Assembly (NCBI GenBank): GCA_030264375.1
Contig: JASCQW010000112.1
Location: 57,196,839-57,256,833 of the forward strand
Source: Carcharhinus longimanus
Taxonomy: Eukaryota
Direction of reading: 5' to 3'
Length of the DNA stretch: 59,995 bases
Shown here: in pieces, positions 1 through 15,212 of the stretch
Layout: each line of letters opens with the position of its first letter
Position numbering within the stretch: position 1 is the stretch's first letter
Made by a program: the position numbers and the translations under genes
The notes under the pieces: model-generated
Told to the model about the DNA's origin: nothing
Databases searched by the model: none
Seen by the model: the letters and a program-made list of their open reading frames with translations, nothing else

Positions 1-295
1 GGCCTCTTTCTGCACTGTAGGTTTCTATAATTCTAAGATAGAAGGGTGTCCAGAGGGGCAATTTTTTCACATAGAGGGTGGTGCATATCTGGAAGAAGCT
101 GCCAGAGGTACTAATAGGGGCCAGATACAATTCTGTCTTTTAAAAAGCATTTAGATAGTTACATGGGTACGATGGGTATAGAGAGATATGAGCCAAATGT
201 GGGCAATTGGGATTAGCTTAGGGGTTTTAAAAAAAAAGGCGGCGTGGACAAGTTGGGCCAAAGGGCCTGTTTCCATGTTGTGAACCTCTATGACT
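1..295 (+). mobile_element. SINE tail followed by the 3' end of a CR1 LINE
   Basis: Typical CR1 3' motifs (ttttttcacatagagggtggtg...gggccaaagggcctgtttccatgttg...ctatgact). Confidence 0.7.
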
Positions 296-1164
296 ATTTA
301 ATCCATTCTGACATGTGCATTGACAGCCTACCTTATTATTAATACAAATTCTTTTATCCACACTCATATATACTAATCTCCCTTGCAAGTGACCAAGAAT
401 GGTTCCATCAATTATATCTATCATCAAAACCATTTCCTTTATCTCCATATTTTAAAACCTAATTATATTTAAAACTACAACAAACATTTTTCTTCCTTAT
501 CTAAGACCTTTCAGCAACAATGTCAAAACTGTCCAGGTCCTGTCCAGGTGCACATTACACCCAGTTTGTGGAATTGCCCATTTCAAACAAACCCATTGCA
601 AGAATCATGAAGTAGGCAGTTTGACTGCTCATTTCTTGAAATAGCCAGTGCTATGTATGAGTTTAAAATCTTAACCATGGAATAAATGTTTTTGTGCTCC
701 ATTCTAGGTTATGTACATGTATCCACTGAACTCGTTATCAAACTAGTTTTATTGAACATGGTCCTTTTCAGCAAACCACGACAATAGAAACATTGCAACA
801 AAAGATTTTGTCAGATTTTCAGCATACTTTAAAAGGCACAACTCATTAATTCAATTGGCAATTGGAGTTGTAATCAATTGGGAGAGTTTTGTTTGTTTCA
901 GTGAAATATTTGTTCCTTAAGTTATCAATTTTCAAGGCAAAATACATTGAACAATTTTTGCGAATGCATCATAGCAGGCTACTTGTCATGGCAGAGTATT
1001 TATTCCTTGCATTTAGTTTTCCTCTAGCCTATCAGAACACAATCTATGAAGATGGTACAAAATGTGAGAAATTGTGAAACAAGATTCATTCTCCAAATTA
1101 GGAAAACTTGATCACATGTAAAGAAGATATGATGGACCTCTTGAAACGAGAGACTAAATCACTA

Positions 1165-1385
1165 AAACCGATTCAAGAACAGTTTCTTCCCTACTGCCAT
1201 CAGACTTTTGAATGGATCTATCATATATTAAGCCTATCTTTCTTTACAACCCATAAGTGACTGCAACACTATACTCTGCACCCTCCCCTTTGTACTCTAT
1301 GAACAGTATGTTTTATCTGTATAGCGCACAAAAAAAATACTTTTCATTATATCACAATATATGTGACAATAATACATCAAATTAA
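1165..1385 (+). mobile_element. Rex1/Babar-type LINE 3' tail
   Basis: ttcaagaacagtttcttccctactgccatcagacttttgaatgg ... tgtgacaataat is homologous to the tail of the element at 59275-59995. Confidence 0.65.
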
Positions 1386-1389
1386 ACAT

Positions 1390-2445
1390 AGGTCAAACCA
1401 GGTAAGGTCGACAGATTCCCTATCCTTAACAAGATTACTAAATCAGTTGGGTTTGTATAACAATTGTCACAAAACACACTGATGCTATCAGCGAGAACAT
1501 CTCTTTTCGAAATATGGTTTGTGGTCGTATATAGTTTTGTTTTAGAATGGTTTGAGGAGTCACATGAATAACCAGCCCATTCATCATGTAACAATTACTA
1601 AAGACTATTTATTAAACTAACAAAAGACAAATATACCCAACTAGGACTATAAGACTAAGACAATTAAATATATGAACTACTAATCACAGGAATTGTTCCT
1701 TGTTCCAAAATACATACATATGTCTGATCCCTGAACTCCTCAAGATAGTCCTGTTCCCAAACAACATCCAAATTAAATAAATCTGTTAGACAAATCCAAT
1801 ATAGTTACCACACAATACAAGGTGGACAATTGGATCTAGGAAATGTCTTTTCCAGGTCCAGTGAGGATATTTAAAATTCCTTTGTGAAGGTTCCTGCACT
1901 ACCTTGACTCTAAAGCTTCTTAGATATTAAAATGGGTTCTCAGACTCTGAACTGTAAAACTGACTCTCCAGCTCTTAGATGTTACAATGGCTTTGTGACT
2001 GTGAGATGTTAGACTAGCCTGCCTGCTTCTGCAAGTGCTGACAATAATACTCTGGTTCTGTGTGATTTTCCCTTGTGTATTTGGGTTGTCTGCATCTCAA
2101 AATTAGCATCTGTTTACCAATCTTTTTGGCTAGCATCTGTATACCTCCACTGGTCTTTCAGTTTTCTAATTAAATTGTTTCCTAATGATTGCTGTTTACA
2201 CCTGATTCTGTCTGGTTACTGGGAACAGTCACATCTCATCATCCTCTTTGAATGTTGGCTATTGCTGTTGCTGGGCAGATCCACGACGTAATCTACCAAC
2301 TTTACTGAAGCCATCTCTTCATAATCTACAATTTAAAACAATTCAAATTCTCAAATTGCCATGGGGAAATTTGAACTCACTTCCTGTGCGTGATTAGATC
2401 AGGTCTCTGGGTTACTAGGTCAGTAACTATTACACTACTGTACTG
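1390..2445 (-). mobile_element. tRNA-derived SINE split by an LTR-like insertion (about 1520-2330)
   Basis: The two halves (1390-1510 and 2331-2445) resemble the SINE at 57052-57378. The insert has TGTGG...CTACA ends and a minus-strand AATAAA, but no clean TSD. Confidence 0.45.
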
Positions 2446-2599
2446 ACTACTTATTTTACTAGGTAGTACTGAACAAAATGAACAATACCTTCACAAATTG
2501 AGGAATATTCTTATCATACCAACTGAACATTAAGAGACCATTGGAAGACCAATGTAGTTTTGAAATTGTAAAATAACCATGTTTGATTAAATAATTCAA

Positions 2600-3200
2600 G
2601 CTGGGATTTTGACATTAGAAAATATAAATCTTGGAGTGGAGAGGAAAGGAAGTATCCTTGCTGTTACAATACCAACACTGTGCCTACTGTCTAAGTCTAT
2701 GCCAATAGCGGCTGTACTTGCTCTAGGAGTAACTCCCACTTTCGTTAAATAAAGCATAATAGATGAAGCTTGAGAGGAAAACTGGATAGTGTTACAATGA
2801 TGGGAAATTGTGACTGAGTCAGATTTATCCCTAACTTCACCAGCTATCCAAAAATATGTTGATCTGTTCAAGGAGGTTCTTTAAAACAATACAAGAAAAA
2901 ACACTGACTAAAAATGGCTTCTTCACGTCACCTGATGTATGGGATTGTAAATTGATCTTTTCTGGAAAGTTACTATATGGATTGCATTGCTGACACATTG
3001 CTTGTGGAATTACACACCCAAGGGTGTCAAAACAAACTTCAAAAAGGGACTCTTGAAAGGAAGGCATTAAAAATGCAAAGTGCTGGACTTCAAATGTAAT
3101 TCTGTCAAGAAAATGAGAATGAATAACCAGCCAGATACCCAACAGACATTCAAAACCCCTGTGGGTAATGAAATGACCCTCATCTCCGACTGGTTCCTAC
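2600..3200 (+). mobile_element. Highly decayed Gypsy pol (RNase H) remnant
   Basis: Broken frames give IAAVL and WDCKLIFSGKLL..IADTL, resembling the Gypsy RNase H end motif YDF.L.Y.PGK.L.IADTLSR. Confidence 0.4.
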
Positions 3201-3211
3201 ATTTCTGGAAT

Positions 3212-3470
3212 TTAAGAACATAAGAACATAAGAAATAGAAGCAGGAGTAGGCCATCTGGCCCTTCGAGCCTGCCCCGCCATTCAATNNNNNNNNNNNNNN
3301 NNNNNNNNNNNNNNNNNNNNNNNNNNNNNNNNNNNNNNNNNNNNNNNNNNNNNNNNNNNNNNNNNNNNNNNNNNNNNNNNNNNNNNGCCTTCCTGACCAC
3401 CTGCTGCACCTGCAAGCTGGGTTTTTGCGACTCATGCACAAGGACCCCGAGGTCCCTCTGCACTGTTTTG
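3212..3470 (-). mobile_element. CR1 LINE 3' fragment spanning an N-gap
   Basis: (taagaaca)n tail plus VQRDLGVLVHESQKPSLQVQQVVRK on the minus strand. Confidence 0.85.
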
Positions 3471-3849
3471 TCAAGTATCTGAGATGATGGATCAAAAATG
3501 TGGTTACTCATTCTTTAACAATGATTGCAAGACATGTAAAATTGAATTCCTTTTTCAAATATATTATTAGGGAGTTTAAGAAGTGTTTTTATCAAGCCAG
3601 AAAGGGAGTGAAAAATTGAAGCAATCTAGAAACACTGGTTAAGAAAGCAGTAAGGAATCTCCCTCTGAAGCTAAGATTGTCTTCAGTGGAGTGCGATTAC
3701 CTGAATCTCAATTCAACTCCAGAATGTTAAAGAAAACCAGATAACTTCAAACAGCCATACCATTCAACAATCTACACTCAAGGACATGCAAAGAACATAA
3801 TTGTATTTTTTTAAACTTATATTTGGACTCTAACTTTTCTTCTGAAACC

Positions 3850-3890
3850 TGTGTGTGTGTGTGCGCACGTGCGCGTGTGTGTGTGTATAT
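3850..3890. repeat. (TG)n/(GC)n alternating purine-pyrimidine microsatellite
   Basis: gtgtgtgtgtgtgcgcacgtgcgcgtgtgtgtgtgtatat. Confidence 0.85.
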
Positions 3891-4269
3891 GCTGTGGTGT
3901 CTTTTTTTGGATTTGGTAAATTATAAATTGACACTTTCTTTGACTAAAGGAAATCTGGTTTGATTGCCTCCTTATTAACAGGTAAATGCATTTGGATTAG
4001 AAAAGACATTTACAAGAAAACACATTTTTAAAGTCTCATCCAGTTGTAACATTGATTAAATCTTAACATTCAGACATGATAGCTAAATCATAAGAAGTTT
4101 TTTTAATTTTTATTTCTTTTTAAGCTTTGCCATTTTCCTTACCCCTTTATCTGAAGAAATGGACTTCTCTCTGGGGTTTTATAAGTGCTAGAAATGTTAT
4201 TTACATTTGAGCTTTGACTATCCTTGGCTGTCTCCTATTTCACATCTGTATGTTGTCCCTCAATGGCAA

Positions 4270-5155
4270 TACACAGAGGCATGACATCAAATTCCACATG
4301 TACACTGCTGACATCTAACCCTGGATGAATCCCATTTTCCTCCAGCTAAACATTGCAAAGACTGAATTGCTTTGGCTCCCGATACAAACCCTCTTCCTTA
4401 ATCGCTGATTCCATTCCAATGTCTGAGGCTGAACCAGATTGTTTGCAACCTTGGCACTTCATTAATACTGAGTTGATCTTCTAACTCCATAACCCCTTTA
4501 TCACCAACACCCACTCTCATCTCTGTAAAATGGCCTGTTTCTACTCTGCCTCAGCCCATTTTCTGCTGAAGTGACCATCCTGTGCTTTTATTAGCTCCAA
4601 ACTTGATTATTCCAATGTTTTCCTTGCCGACCGTGTCTTCCATTCTATATAAATTTCAGCTGTTCTAATACTCTGCTGCCCATATCATAACTAGCCATCA
4701 CCCATCACTAGTGTAGATTATCTGAGCTTGCTGACCTACATTGGTACCAGGTTCAGCCAAATCTTTAAGATTCTCATCCTTGTGTTCAAATTCCTCTATG
4801 TGCTTACATTCCCTTTCTCTGTAACTTACTCAAGCCTAATATCCTCCTCGATCTTGGCATTCCTCAAATTGTGCATGCTTGTGATTCTCCCACTCCTTTT
4901 ATCACTCCATTGGTGGAAACGCCTTCAGCCATCTAGGTCCTACGCTATGGTTTCCCTTCTTAAATCTTTCCATCCCTCTCTTTCTTTTTAAAAGATGTTC
5001 TTACAACCTACCTCTTTGACCAAAGTTTTGATCCCCTCTTCTAATGTCTCCTCCTTTGACTTAGTCAATATCTGTTTGGTAATGCTCTTGTGAGATGCCA
5101 TAGCGCACTATTATTTTAAAGACACCATATATATTTATATATAAATTGTTGATGA
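4270..5155 (+). mobile_element. L2 LINE 3' portion (decayed)
   Basis: L2 motifs: ttcctccagctaaacattgcaaagactgaa (FLQLN..KTE), cttgattattccaatg, ttctcatccttgtgttcaaattcc, cctacctctttgaccaaag. Confidence 0.75.
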
Positions 5156-6384
5156 CAGCAACTTATGTAGCACCTTTGATTTGTAAAACAAATTATGTTA
5201 GCAATGTTGCAAATATCTTGTGTATAATTCATATGTTTCAAAATATACCTTTTAATTTTAGGAATTAAAAGTTTTAACTGTCGGTAAATGGGAGCATCTA
5301 ATTATGAAACTGGTAAACACAACACTGATAACCAACCTGGATTTACTGCACTTAAAATGTAGCCCATGTTTATTCAGGAAGGTTGGAGTTGACAAGAGGA
5401 ATGCTGGAACAATTGATGCCCTATCGTTAGGCTTGTGGTCGAGCCAGCAGGTTTCCAATTACTTCAATAAAATATATCGAGTATGTATGTAGTTCCCAGA
5501 TGAAAAGAGGTTAGAAGGCAATTGATCATCACTGTAGTTCTTTGATAGGGAGAGAAACTCTAGAGCAAAAGTCATTAACTCCATTAACAATATAGATTAT
5601 TCATGTGGGTTGCAAAATCAGAGTTATGCTAAAGGTAAAATAATCAATTTACAGATCAGTTTGAGAACATCCCAAAGCATGCCACATTGTCATTAAGATG
5701 GGCTGTGGGAGTAGAAGGTTTATTTATTTAAGTTGTCTGGCTGTTTGCTCAGAAAACAGGCAGTTGTAGCTTTACTTTGGTGTATGGTGCACCTCACTGG
5801 ATTAAGAGAGCCAACAGGAGATGATTTTTAGTTAAGGCCACAATTTAAGCAGAAAAAAAAATAACATTGTCATACACTGCACAGAATGCTGGTGTAGCTC
5901 ATGCTCAGTTTGAATTTCTTAAGAGAAAAGCAGCTGAAAGATTTGCCTAGTTTGCAACTAGGGGAACGAATCCTAAATGGTCCTTACAGAGCCTTGTGGC
6001 AGAAAACAATCAGCAGAGTTAGCTTAGAAGCTGTGAGGAGGCAGTTGTGTATCTGCCAGCAAGCATAGCAAGGAACTGAGGCATCCACAATTGTGAAGTA
6101 TTAAATAGAAGTTGGAGAGTCACTTAACCAAAATGCTAATGGAAGGAACCCTATAAATTCTTACCTTTGGGAATAGCTGGAACACTAAGGAGAACTAAAG
6201 TGAAATCAGATAAGCTGTGGAACATTTTGTGGGTTGGTTTCTACAGATCCTTATAATGTACAGGGGAAATCTTGGGGTTTAAATACATGAAATTTTGTGG
6301 CATAGTCCTATCAGTTAATCACAGGATGTTTGGATTTCTCTTTAAATATTAACCATTGCTAACAGGATCGTAATGTGTCATATA

Positions 6385-7095
6385 AGGAATATTAGATCAG
6401 ATAACCAAAAGCTTGGTCAAAGAGGTAAGTTTTAAGAATTTTTTTTGGAGGAAGATGAGGTATAGAGACAGAAAGATGTAGGGTGGGAATTCCAGAGCTT
6501 ACTATCTAGGCAACAGGAGGTAGAAACGCCAATTATGGGACAATTATAGGGAATCCCCAAAAGGCCAGAATTAGAGTAGAGATATCTCTGAGGGTTGTGG
6601 GTTTTGAGGAGAATTAAGAGACTAGGAATAGTGAGGCTATGGAGGGTTTTGAACACAAGAATGGGAATTTTTATATCAAGATGATGCAATGTAGGTCACT
6701 GTAGCACAAGGATGACAAGGGAATTGGACTTGCTGCAGGATAAGACATCGGCAGCAGAGTTTTGAATTACCTGAAGTAGAATGTGGGAGACCAGCTATGA
6801 ATGTATTAGAATAATGATATCTAGAGGTAATAAAGACATAAATGAGGGTTTCAGCAGCAGATGAGCTGTGATGGACAAAGTTCAACAATGTAATGGAGGT
6901 GGAAATAAACAGTCAAAGAGATTGCATGAATATGAGGTTGAAAGCTCATCTCAGGGTCAAATGTGATACCAAGATTGCAAACAGACTGGCATAATCTCAA
7001 ACTGTTGCCAGGGAGAGGAATGGAGTCAGTAGTTAGGAAACAACATTTGGATCAGAGACTGAAAATAATGGCTTCAGTCTTCCCAATATTTCATA
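6385..7095 (-). mobile_element. L2 LINE 3' portion (decayed), inverted relative to the 4270-5155 copy
   Basis: Minus-strand translations AAETLIYVFITSRYHYSN and KIPILVFKTLHSL are typical of the L2 ORF2 C-terminus. Confidence 0.75.
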
Positions 7096-8350
7096 AAAGT
7101 GAGAAGATTATCTTAATGAAGGGTATCCCAGTTCGATCCTTTTAAATTCTTGCAATAGCTTCAATATGCTTTCCAGTTGGGTCCAATGAATAATCAGCCC
7201 TGGCTGATCTTCTCCTCTCTCAAAACAAGGATGCCAGGGCCAGTTGGTGTTCCCTTATCATCTTGCCAATGACTAATCAACTAACTCCAAACAGGGTTAG
7301 AATCTGAGGCTTGCTGCAAGCTGTGTTAACAAACTGTTCCATTAGGGAAGCCTCGAGGTGAATCATTTCTTGCTGAGCCATAATTTCTACTTCAAATTAA
7401 CCAACCTCTTCTTACAAAGGTGATGAGAAACATGAACCAAATTGTGCATGTTAAATTGTTATTGAAGTTTCATTAAAATTAAATAAATAACCTCTTTCCC
7501 ACAAACTGCTCTTGGCAAAAATTAGTATTGTAATAGTGGGATAAATGGTTCCTCTTGATAATGTTGCAATTTTCTAATTATTGTGGGAAGATGGCCTGTC
7601 TTGATTAATTCTAAGAAAATGCTATTTTATAAAGGCAATATATCAATTTTTGTAGAAAACAAAGTACTGTACTAGCCAAATTTAGATGATGATCAGTAAA
7701 TTACATAATGAAATGTATAAGTGCTAACACCTTCATATGAGAACAACATGAGAAGAGTAACCCATTCAGCCCATCAAGTCTATTCAATTAGATCACAGTT
7801 GATCTGTACATCAACTCTATTAAGATATATGAACTTTCACTGCTATTTTAAGAGACATTTGGAATAAAATTCAACCTTGCGGGAATATAATTGGGCAGTA
7901 AAGGATCAGCCACCAGTACACAGACCACCCCCCCCTCCACCACTACCTTCCAATTATTTCCTCCTATTAAAATCAATGGGAAGCAATATCATGTGCATAG
8001 GGAGGGTAGCCATCTATTATAACTCATTTTGTGCCCCTGCTGAAATTCAATTCCACCCCTCCATACCACCACCACCACCTCTGCACACACGCACCCTCTC
8101 CCCAACACCCCCATTAACCTGTACTGGTTACATCTTCATTCTACTAGAGAACACAAACATTTTGTAAAAAGGTGTTTGTACCTAAATGTTTAGTTATTTC
8201 AAGGCATCTTACTTAGTCAGTTTTATTTGTCGGATCACACCACTAATAATGCTCAAATCCTAATGTGATGAATTATCCAATTGTTTCTTGAATGTTTCCA
8301 GAGTTTTTTTCCTCTGGGAATCCATACCGTGTAGTTATAACTTTGTGAAA

Positions 8351-8668
8351 TGGTGGTACAGTTGTTAGGGGATTCCAGACTCAGGTGACTATGTGGAGTT
8401 TGCACTTTCTCCCCGTGTCTGCATGGGTTTCCTCTGGGTGCTCTGGTTTTCTCTCACACTCCAAAGATGTGCAGATTAGATGGATTAACTAAGGTAAATT
8501 GCCCTTTAGTGTCTACAGATGTATAGGTTAGGTGGATTAGCCATAGTAAATGCACAGGATTGCAAGGATAGAGCAGAGGTGAGGGCCTGGGTGAGATGCT
8601 GTTTCAGTTAGTTGGTGCAGGTTCAATGGGCTGAATGGCTTCTTTCTGCACTGCACAGATTCTACAAT
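8351..8668 (+). mobile_element. HE1-like V-SINE inserted in a CR1 tail
   Basis: V-domain tgtggagtttgcactttctccccgtgtctgcatgggtttcctctgggtgctctggttt with a CR1-like tail. Confidence 0.85.
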
Positions 8669-8669
8669 G

Positions 8670-9535
8670 GTTCTTTTGCCAAACACCTTAAATCTGTGCC
8701 CTTGGGTCATTGACCATTTATTCACTGAAAACTGTTTCTTTTAATTTATTCTACCTATCTCCTTCATGATTTAAACACCTCTATTAAATCAGAAGTTAGC
8801 TTTCTCTATTGTAAGGAGAACAGCCCCAACTTTTCCAATCTATTCATATGCCTTAATCTCTCATCCCCAGAGCTATTCTCATAAATCCATCTGTTCTGGA
8901 CCTTTCCAAATTCTGCATGTCTTTTTTAAAATGCAATGCCAGAATTGGACAAAATTTTACAGCTGGAACCAAATTGGTGCTTTGATTAACTTTCTGACTT
9001 TCATATTCTCTGCCTCTACTTACAAAACTCAGGATTTCTTATGCTTCATTAACCTGTCTTGCACCATTCAAAAGTTATGTGCACAAGCATGCCCAGATTG
9101 TTCTTCTTATGTACCCCTTTAAAACCATTTAGTTTGTGTTGCCTCTCCTCTTCTGGATTAAATTTCAGCTGTCATGTGTCAATCCGTTCCAACAGCCCAT
9201 CTGAGTCCCTTTGAAGTCTATCACTATCTACTTCAGAGTTTACTACACTTCCCGATTGTGTGAAATCTGCAAATTTCAAAACTGTGCTCTGTGCTCCCAA
9301 AGGACAAAATATATCAGAAACAGCAGTTATTCTGATACTGATTTATGTGTAACTCCACCTTAAACCTTCCTCCAGTCAAAACACAGCTATTCACTACAAT
9401 CCTTATTTCTATTACTTAGCCAGTTTTGTACCCACTCTGTTAATGCCACTCTTATCCCATGTGTTTTATTTTGGTAATAAATCTGATATATGATATTTTT
9501 GAAGATCCATATAGACAACATCAGCTGCTATCTTT
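8670..9535 (-). mobile_element. Old CR1 LINE RT/3' fragment
   Basis: Reverse-complement CR1 motifs (aaggagaacagccccaac, ccagaattggacaaaat, aaatctgcaaatttc, gaagatccatatagacaacatc). Confidence 0.7.
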
Positions 9536-9984
9536 TACATCAGGCTTGTCCAGCTGACAGCCTATGGACTGCAATGCAGTCTGCAAAGCCCCTCTATGTT
9601 CTAAAGCGAGTCAGACAAGATAGTAAGTTTCAAATGCAGGGAAGTGAATTTCAAGATTTTGCAAGGGTCTGCTTCTCCAATCACAGGCCGGTCTTTTCCC
9701 ATATTTGCTGTTGATACTGAGCCTATCAGCAGCAAAAGAAGTAGGGAAACAGTCTTGGATTGGAGGAGCAGTGAACACTGGCAGTGGTGAGTATGCAAAA
9801 GGCTGCTGGGCCCAACATGTGGTGGGACCAGACCCAGGGTTGGGCAGCAAGGGCAAAGTGGGGCAGAGACTGGGGAGTGGAGGTGAAATGGGGAAGGGGA
9901 GAGACTGGGGAAAGAAGGTGAAATAAGGATGGGGACTGGACGTGAAATGAGTTGGGCTCTGGGGATGCCCAGAGATTGAGTGTG

Positions 9985-10180
9985 TGGAGGAGTGAGAGAG
10001 AGAGTGTGGGTGTGTGAAAGAGAGAGAGAGGGAGTAAGCAAGCATCTGTCTGACTTCAGTCTCAGGTTTCTCAATCACTTTCTCCACCTCACACTAACAC
10101 ACCCACTCAGAGTGGGTGAGGGCAGTGAGTGAGCATACTGAGAGTGAGACACACACACAATCTGACCCCCTCACACTCAG
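9985..10180. repeat. Low-complexity (GA)n/(GT)n/(CA)n tract
   Basis: Degenerate dinucleotide runs. Confidence 0.7.
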
Positions 10181-10785
10181 GTCTTTTTTTTACTAAATTA
10201 ACTATTTATTGTTATGACATTCCTTTACACATGTCCAGGAATTGTTCTTTTCTTAATACCTTATGTATTTTTTAATTCTCTTTAATGTTGCACCAAGTCT
10301 TATCAATTTACTCATCCACTCCTTGACTGAAAAAAAATTGCAAATGTGCCCCTCGCCCCAGTGGAAAGGTTAGATAAGCCTGTCCCAAAGGATGGGCTTT
10401 AAAAATAGAGGCATGGAGCCAGAAAGTAACTTTCAAACAGAATAGGGCTTGGGTGGGATGTGGTCAGTACAGACTTGATGGGCTCAATGGCCTCTTTTTG
10501 TACCGTAGGGGTTCTATGAGTAATTGGATAAATAATAGAGGGAACGGCTGGAGCATGAAAAGAATCAAGGAATTAGACTAACTGGTTTGATTTTCCAAAG
10601 AGATGGTGCAGAATCAGTAGCCGAATGGCTTCCTTCTGTGCTGTGCTGTCCTTAGATATGATTTTAAATCTGTATCCTCTATCTTTACTTCAAGTTTAGT
10701 TTTTCATTCTTTTAACCACCTTATGAACCTTTGGTGGACACTGGCTGACTGACAGCGTGTGCCTGACTGACAGTGTGTTTATACT

Positions 10786-11511
10786 GAGCTGAATTTCACT
10801 GGAGGATTCCAGTGTCGGGACTGAATGCGCCGCAGCAAGTTTTCCAGTTTACTGTCTCTGTCTTTAGTGGCCTCCGGGGCTGCAGGCCACATGGAGGGGA
10901 GGGAGCTCTGGAGCCTCAGCTAAGCCCCTCAGGGAGATGTGGGTACCACTGGCAGGATGACCAATTGCGATGTCTTTGAAGGGATTGTCCCTTATTTTGA
11001 CTTTGTCCCAGATCCCTGAAGGACAGCTTGTGGGGAAATTAACTCTGGGAGTCAGCCGCAAAGAGATGAAAATGTTGTGACTGAATAAGAAAGTTGTAAG
11101 TTTTAGTTGGTTTTACTACCACCCCTATGTTGAAAACTGTCTCCTGCAAGGTGACCAACAATCGCCATCCTCTCTCACCTGCCGCTCGCTATCCCTTTAG
11201 TTTATTCCACAAGGAACTGCTCATTTTGCCCGCTGAGGGGACTGTAAAGATACCTCCATGTTCAGGAGTTTATAAAGATTAAAAGCGATGAGGGCTGAAG
11301 AGGGGTAAGTGTCCCTCTCCCTCTGGCAGGGAGACTACGCCCATTGGGAGAGGCTGCTCCCTTTCCCCTGGTGGAAAAGAGTGTGGCTGCTAAACTAACC
11401 CCCTCATTGGGACCTCAATCACTGGGGAATTGTTCCAACATGGCTCTCCCACCTTCCCCTTGCTGCCTAAGACTCCAACCATTTCTCCACGGGGTTGGGA
11501 AAATTCAGCCC
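10786..11511. mobile_element. Non-autonomous DNA transposon (Harbinger-type MITE-like)
   Basis: Terminal inverted match GAGCTGAATTT ... AAATTCAGCCC with a GC-rich interior and no clear TSD. Confidence 0.4.
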
Positions 11512-12898
11512 GCGACATGCATTCTTCCAGCTGGGAAACCCGAAATGAGTCTGAAATTGGGGTGCGATGCTGGGAATTGTTCATTGAGGTAGCACCTGTT
11601 TCAACTGAATCCAGCTTGAACTTCCCGGCAGTGGCTCTGGGGTCACCCCTGGTGGGAAAGGCCAGTTGTGGATCTGGACAAAGCTCCTCCTGCGTCCACG
11701 TGGAAACCACTAATTCATCCACAGCAGGAAATGCTGCTATTAAGAATACCCCACCTTCAGGAGGAATCCTGTAACTTTAAATGTTAGGTCACTCATTAGT
11801 ATGTGCACATGAATAGCTTTAGGTGGGATATGGGGATAGGTGTATTTCAGACATTTTTGGGCATGGGACTTCTTTCATAGTCCCTGCTCCTTTTCTGCCT
11901 GGAAATTCGGTGCTATGGAGTCTAATTTCCGTCCCAAATATGTTCCTCCGGTTCTTCCCCATAATTTAACCTTGTGACAGAGGAATCAGCTTCGTGGTTT
12001 TTCTCTAGGTTGCCTCTAATTACTGGATGCCTCAGCTCCTGGATGTAGTATTCAAGGTGTACCCTGCAGTTTGATCATCCAGCAATTATATTCTAACTTG
12101 TATTTTATGTGGTCATAGTGAATTTAAAACCCTACCAACGCCTCGCGGTGACATTTAACAGCCGCTCATTGATTACCCAGGAAAATTAAATGTTATCATT
12201 TCAGAATAATATTGTAAATTACAGGTCTCAATATATCCTAATTCGGACTACAAACAGGTCACCACAAAAGCATTGCTCAGCCAAAATTCAAAGACTTCCT
12301 TATCCAGTTAAAACATTCCCTGTAATTATCTTTGCTGTACGGGTTGTAACCCTCACGTTACAATTTATCGGGGCTGGAGAAACACAGTTAGTTCCTGTGA
12401 CCATCAGTGGAAGCTCTTTCTCTCGCTCTGTCCTGGCAGAGTTATGGCTCGGTACTCAGAACAATGTAAGTTACAAAGCCGTTACCGAGTCACATGCTGT
12501 GAGCACTTCCCAAGAAAGAAATATTGCAGATAACTCAAAATGAGAACTCACTTTGTTTAAACGATTCATGTTAACCCATATGGCCGGCGCAAACTCGACG
12601 GGCCGAATGGCTTTTTTGTCCTTAAAACTCTATGATGGGATAGTGCCATATTAGATGAATTGAGGCCCTTCAGTCTACGCTCAATTAAAACAAACTCAAA
12701 AATGTAATTTTCAACAATGTAAATCCCGTTTGTTATTTGATTGAAAGGGGACTCTAGAGTTTGATTCCTGCCCAGAACTGTTCAGGTTGCACCACTCAAG
12801 GCATTTAATTTTAAACATTTATTGTTAGAATGTTGTGTCAAATGTTAATTCAACTCACCTCCAGTTAAGAAATGAACACTATTTCAGTTCTTAAAACG

Positions 12899-12904
12899 TT
12901 TATT
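12899..12904 (-). terminator. Candidate INAFM2 polyadenylation signal (AATAAA)
   Basis: Plus-strand TTTATT about 560 nt downstream of the stop codon, followed on the minus strand by a GT/T-rich tract. A second AATAAA lies at 12818-12823. Confidence 0.55.
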
Positions 12905-13460
12905 TTTGAAAAAAAAATCTAACCGCTATGAAAGCTCACAAGAAGGCGTGTTACACCCAAATCTGAGCATTAAAGTACAATAGTTGACTGTACAGATACA
13001 TTTTACAGAGTTCCATGTACCTGAGGTTAACCCATATCGTGTCCACTAGGCAGATAATCTACACTATTTCCAGTGTCAAACCAAGCGTGTGTCAACTGTT
13101 ACTAAAATCTAGAGAATCAGGATTCCAGAATATTAATGCTAACTTGTTGTGGGAACATTTTTAAACCGCGATCGAGTGTCCTACAAAACAGCAAAGCGGA
13201 TGTCAAGTGTGTATTTTTAGAAAGTTTATGAAAAAGAATAACATTGCCCAGTGGAATGCTGAGGACTGAGAGGAACCGGGAAAGGGGATCTTTCTGAAAC
13301 CACTGGGTATTTAAACAGTAAAACTTTGAGGTTATTTGAAGTACGGTTGTCGCCCCACCCGCTTCACCCTCCCCCTGATTCTGGGACCTCGGTCACATCC
13401 CTTAGAAGTTCTAGGTGGTATTTCTATGAGTACTTGTGCTTACAGTCCGGCCGCGTCGTC

Positions 13461-14700
<1,240 letters not shown>

Positions 14701-14899
14701 ACTTGCTTTCTGCTCCCACACTCTTACTTCTGCTCTCACTCAAGGAGTTATCCTTGACCCCTGTCCCCTCCCTATTTCCCGTCTACTTGCTGCCCCTCCA
14801 TAACATCATCCAAAAGCGCAGTCACTTTTCTTACGCACACCTCACTCAACCCCTGTATTATCTTTCAATGATCAGAGTGCTTACCTGGCGTCCTGAACT

Positions 14900-15212
14900 G
14901 AATGGGCAGAAATCCCCTCCAATTAAATATTAGGGAGACTGAAGCCACTGTCTTTAGTGACCCAACTCCATTCTCCAGCTACTGACTCCATCTCCCTCTC
15001 CGACAACCGTCTGAGGGTGAATCATATTGCTCACCGCCACATATCATATTTGACCCTGAAGCAAGTTTCCATCCACATGATCATGCCATCACTACGACCT
15101 ATTTCCACCTCCATAACATTACTCCACTCCACCAAGCTCAGTTTGTCTGCTGCTGAACCTCTCGCTGTGTGTTGTTACCTCCAGATTGGACAATTCCAAT
15201 AACCTGGTATCC
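14900..15212 (+). mobile_element. L2 LINE fragment (5' part; continues at about 19005-19435)
   Basis: cctccaattaaatattagggagactgaagcc ... tctgctgctgaacct ... acctccagattggacaattccaat. Confidence 0.7.

Noticed and set aside
9601-10087. Minus-strand ORFs of 157 and 158 aa
   Set aside because: They derive from G-rich and dinucleotide low-complexity DNA.
11344-11774. ORFs of 82-114 aa as a possible last exon of a neighbouring gene such as CCDC9B
   Set aside because: They overlap MITE-like sequence and show no recognisable homology or convincing splice acceptor.
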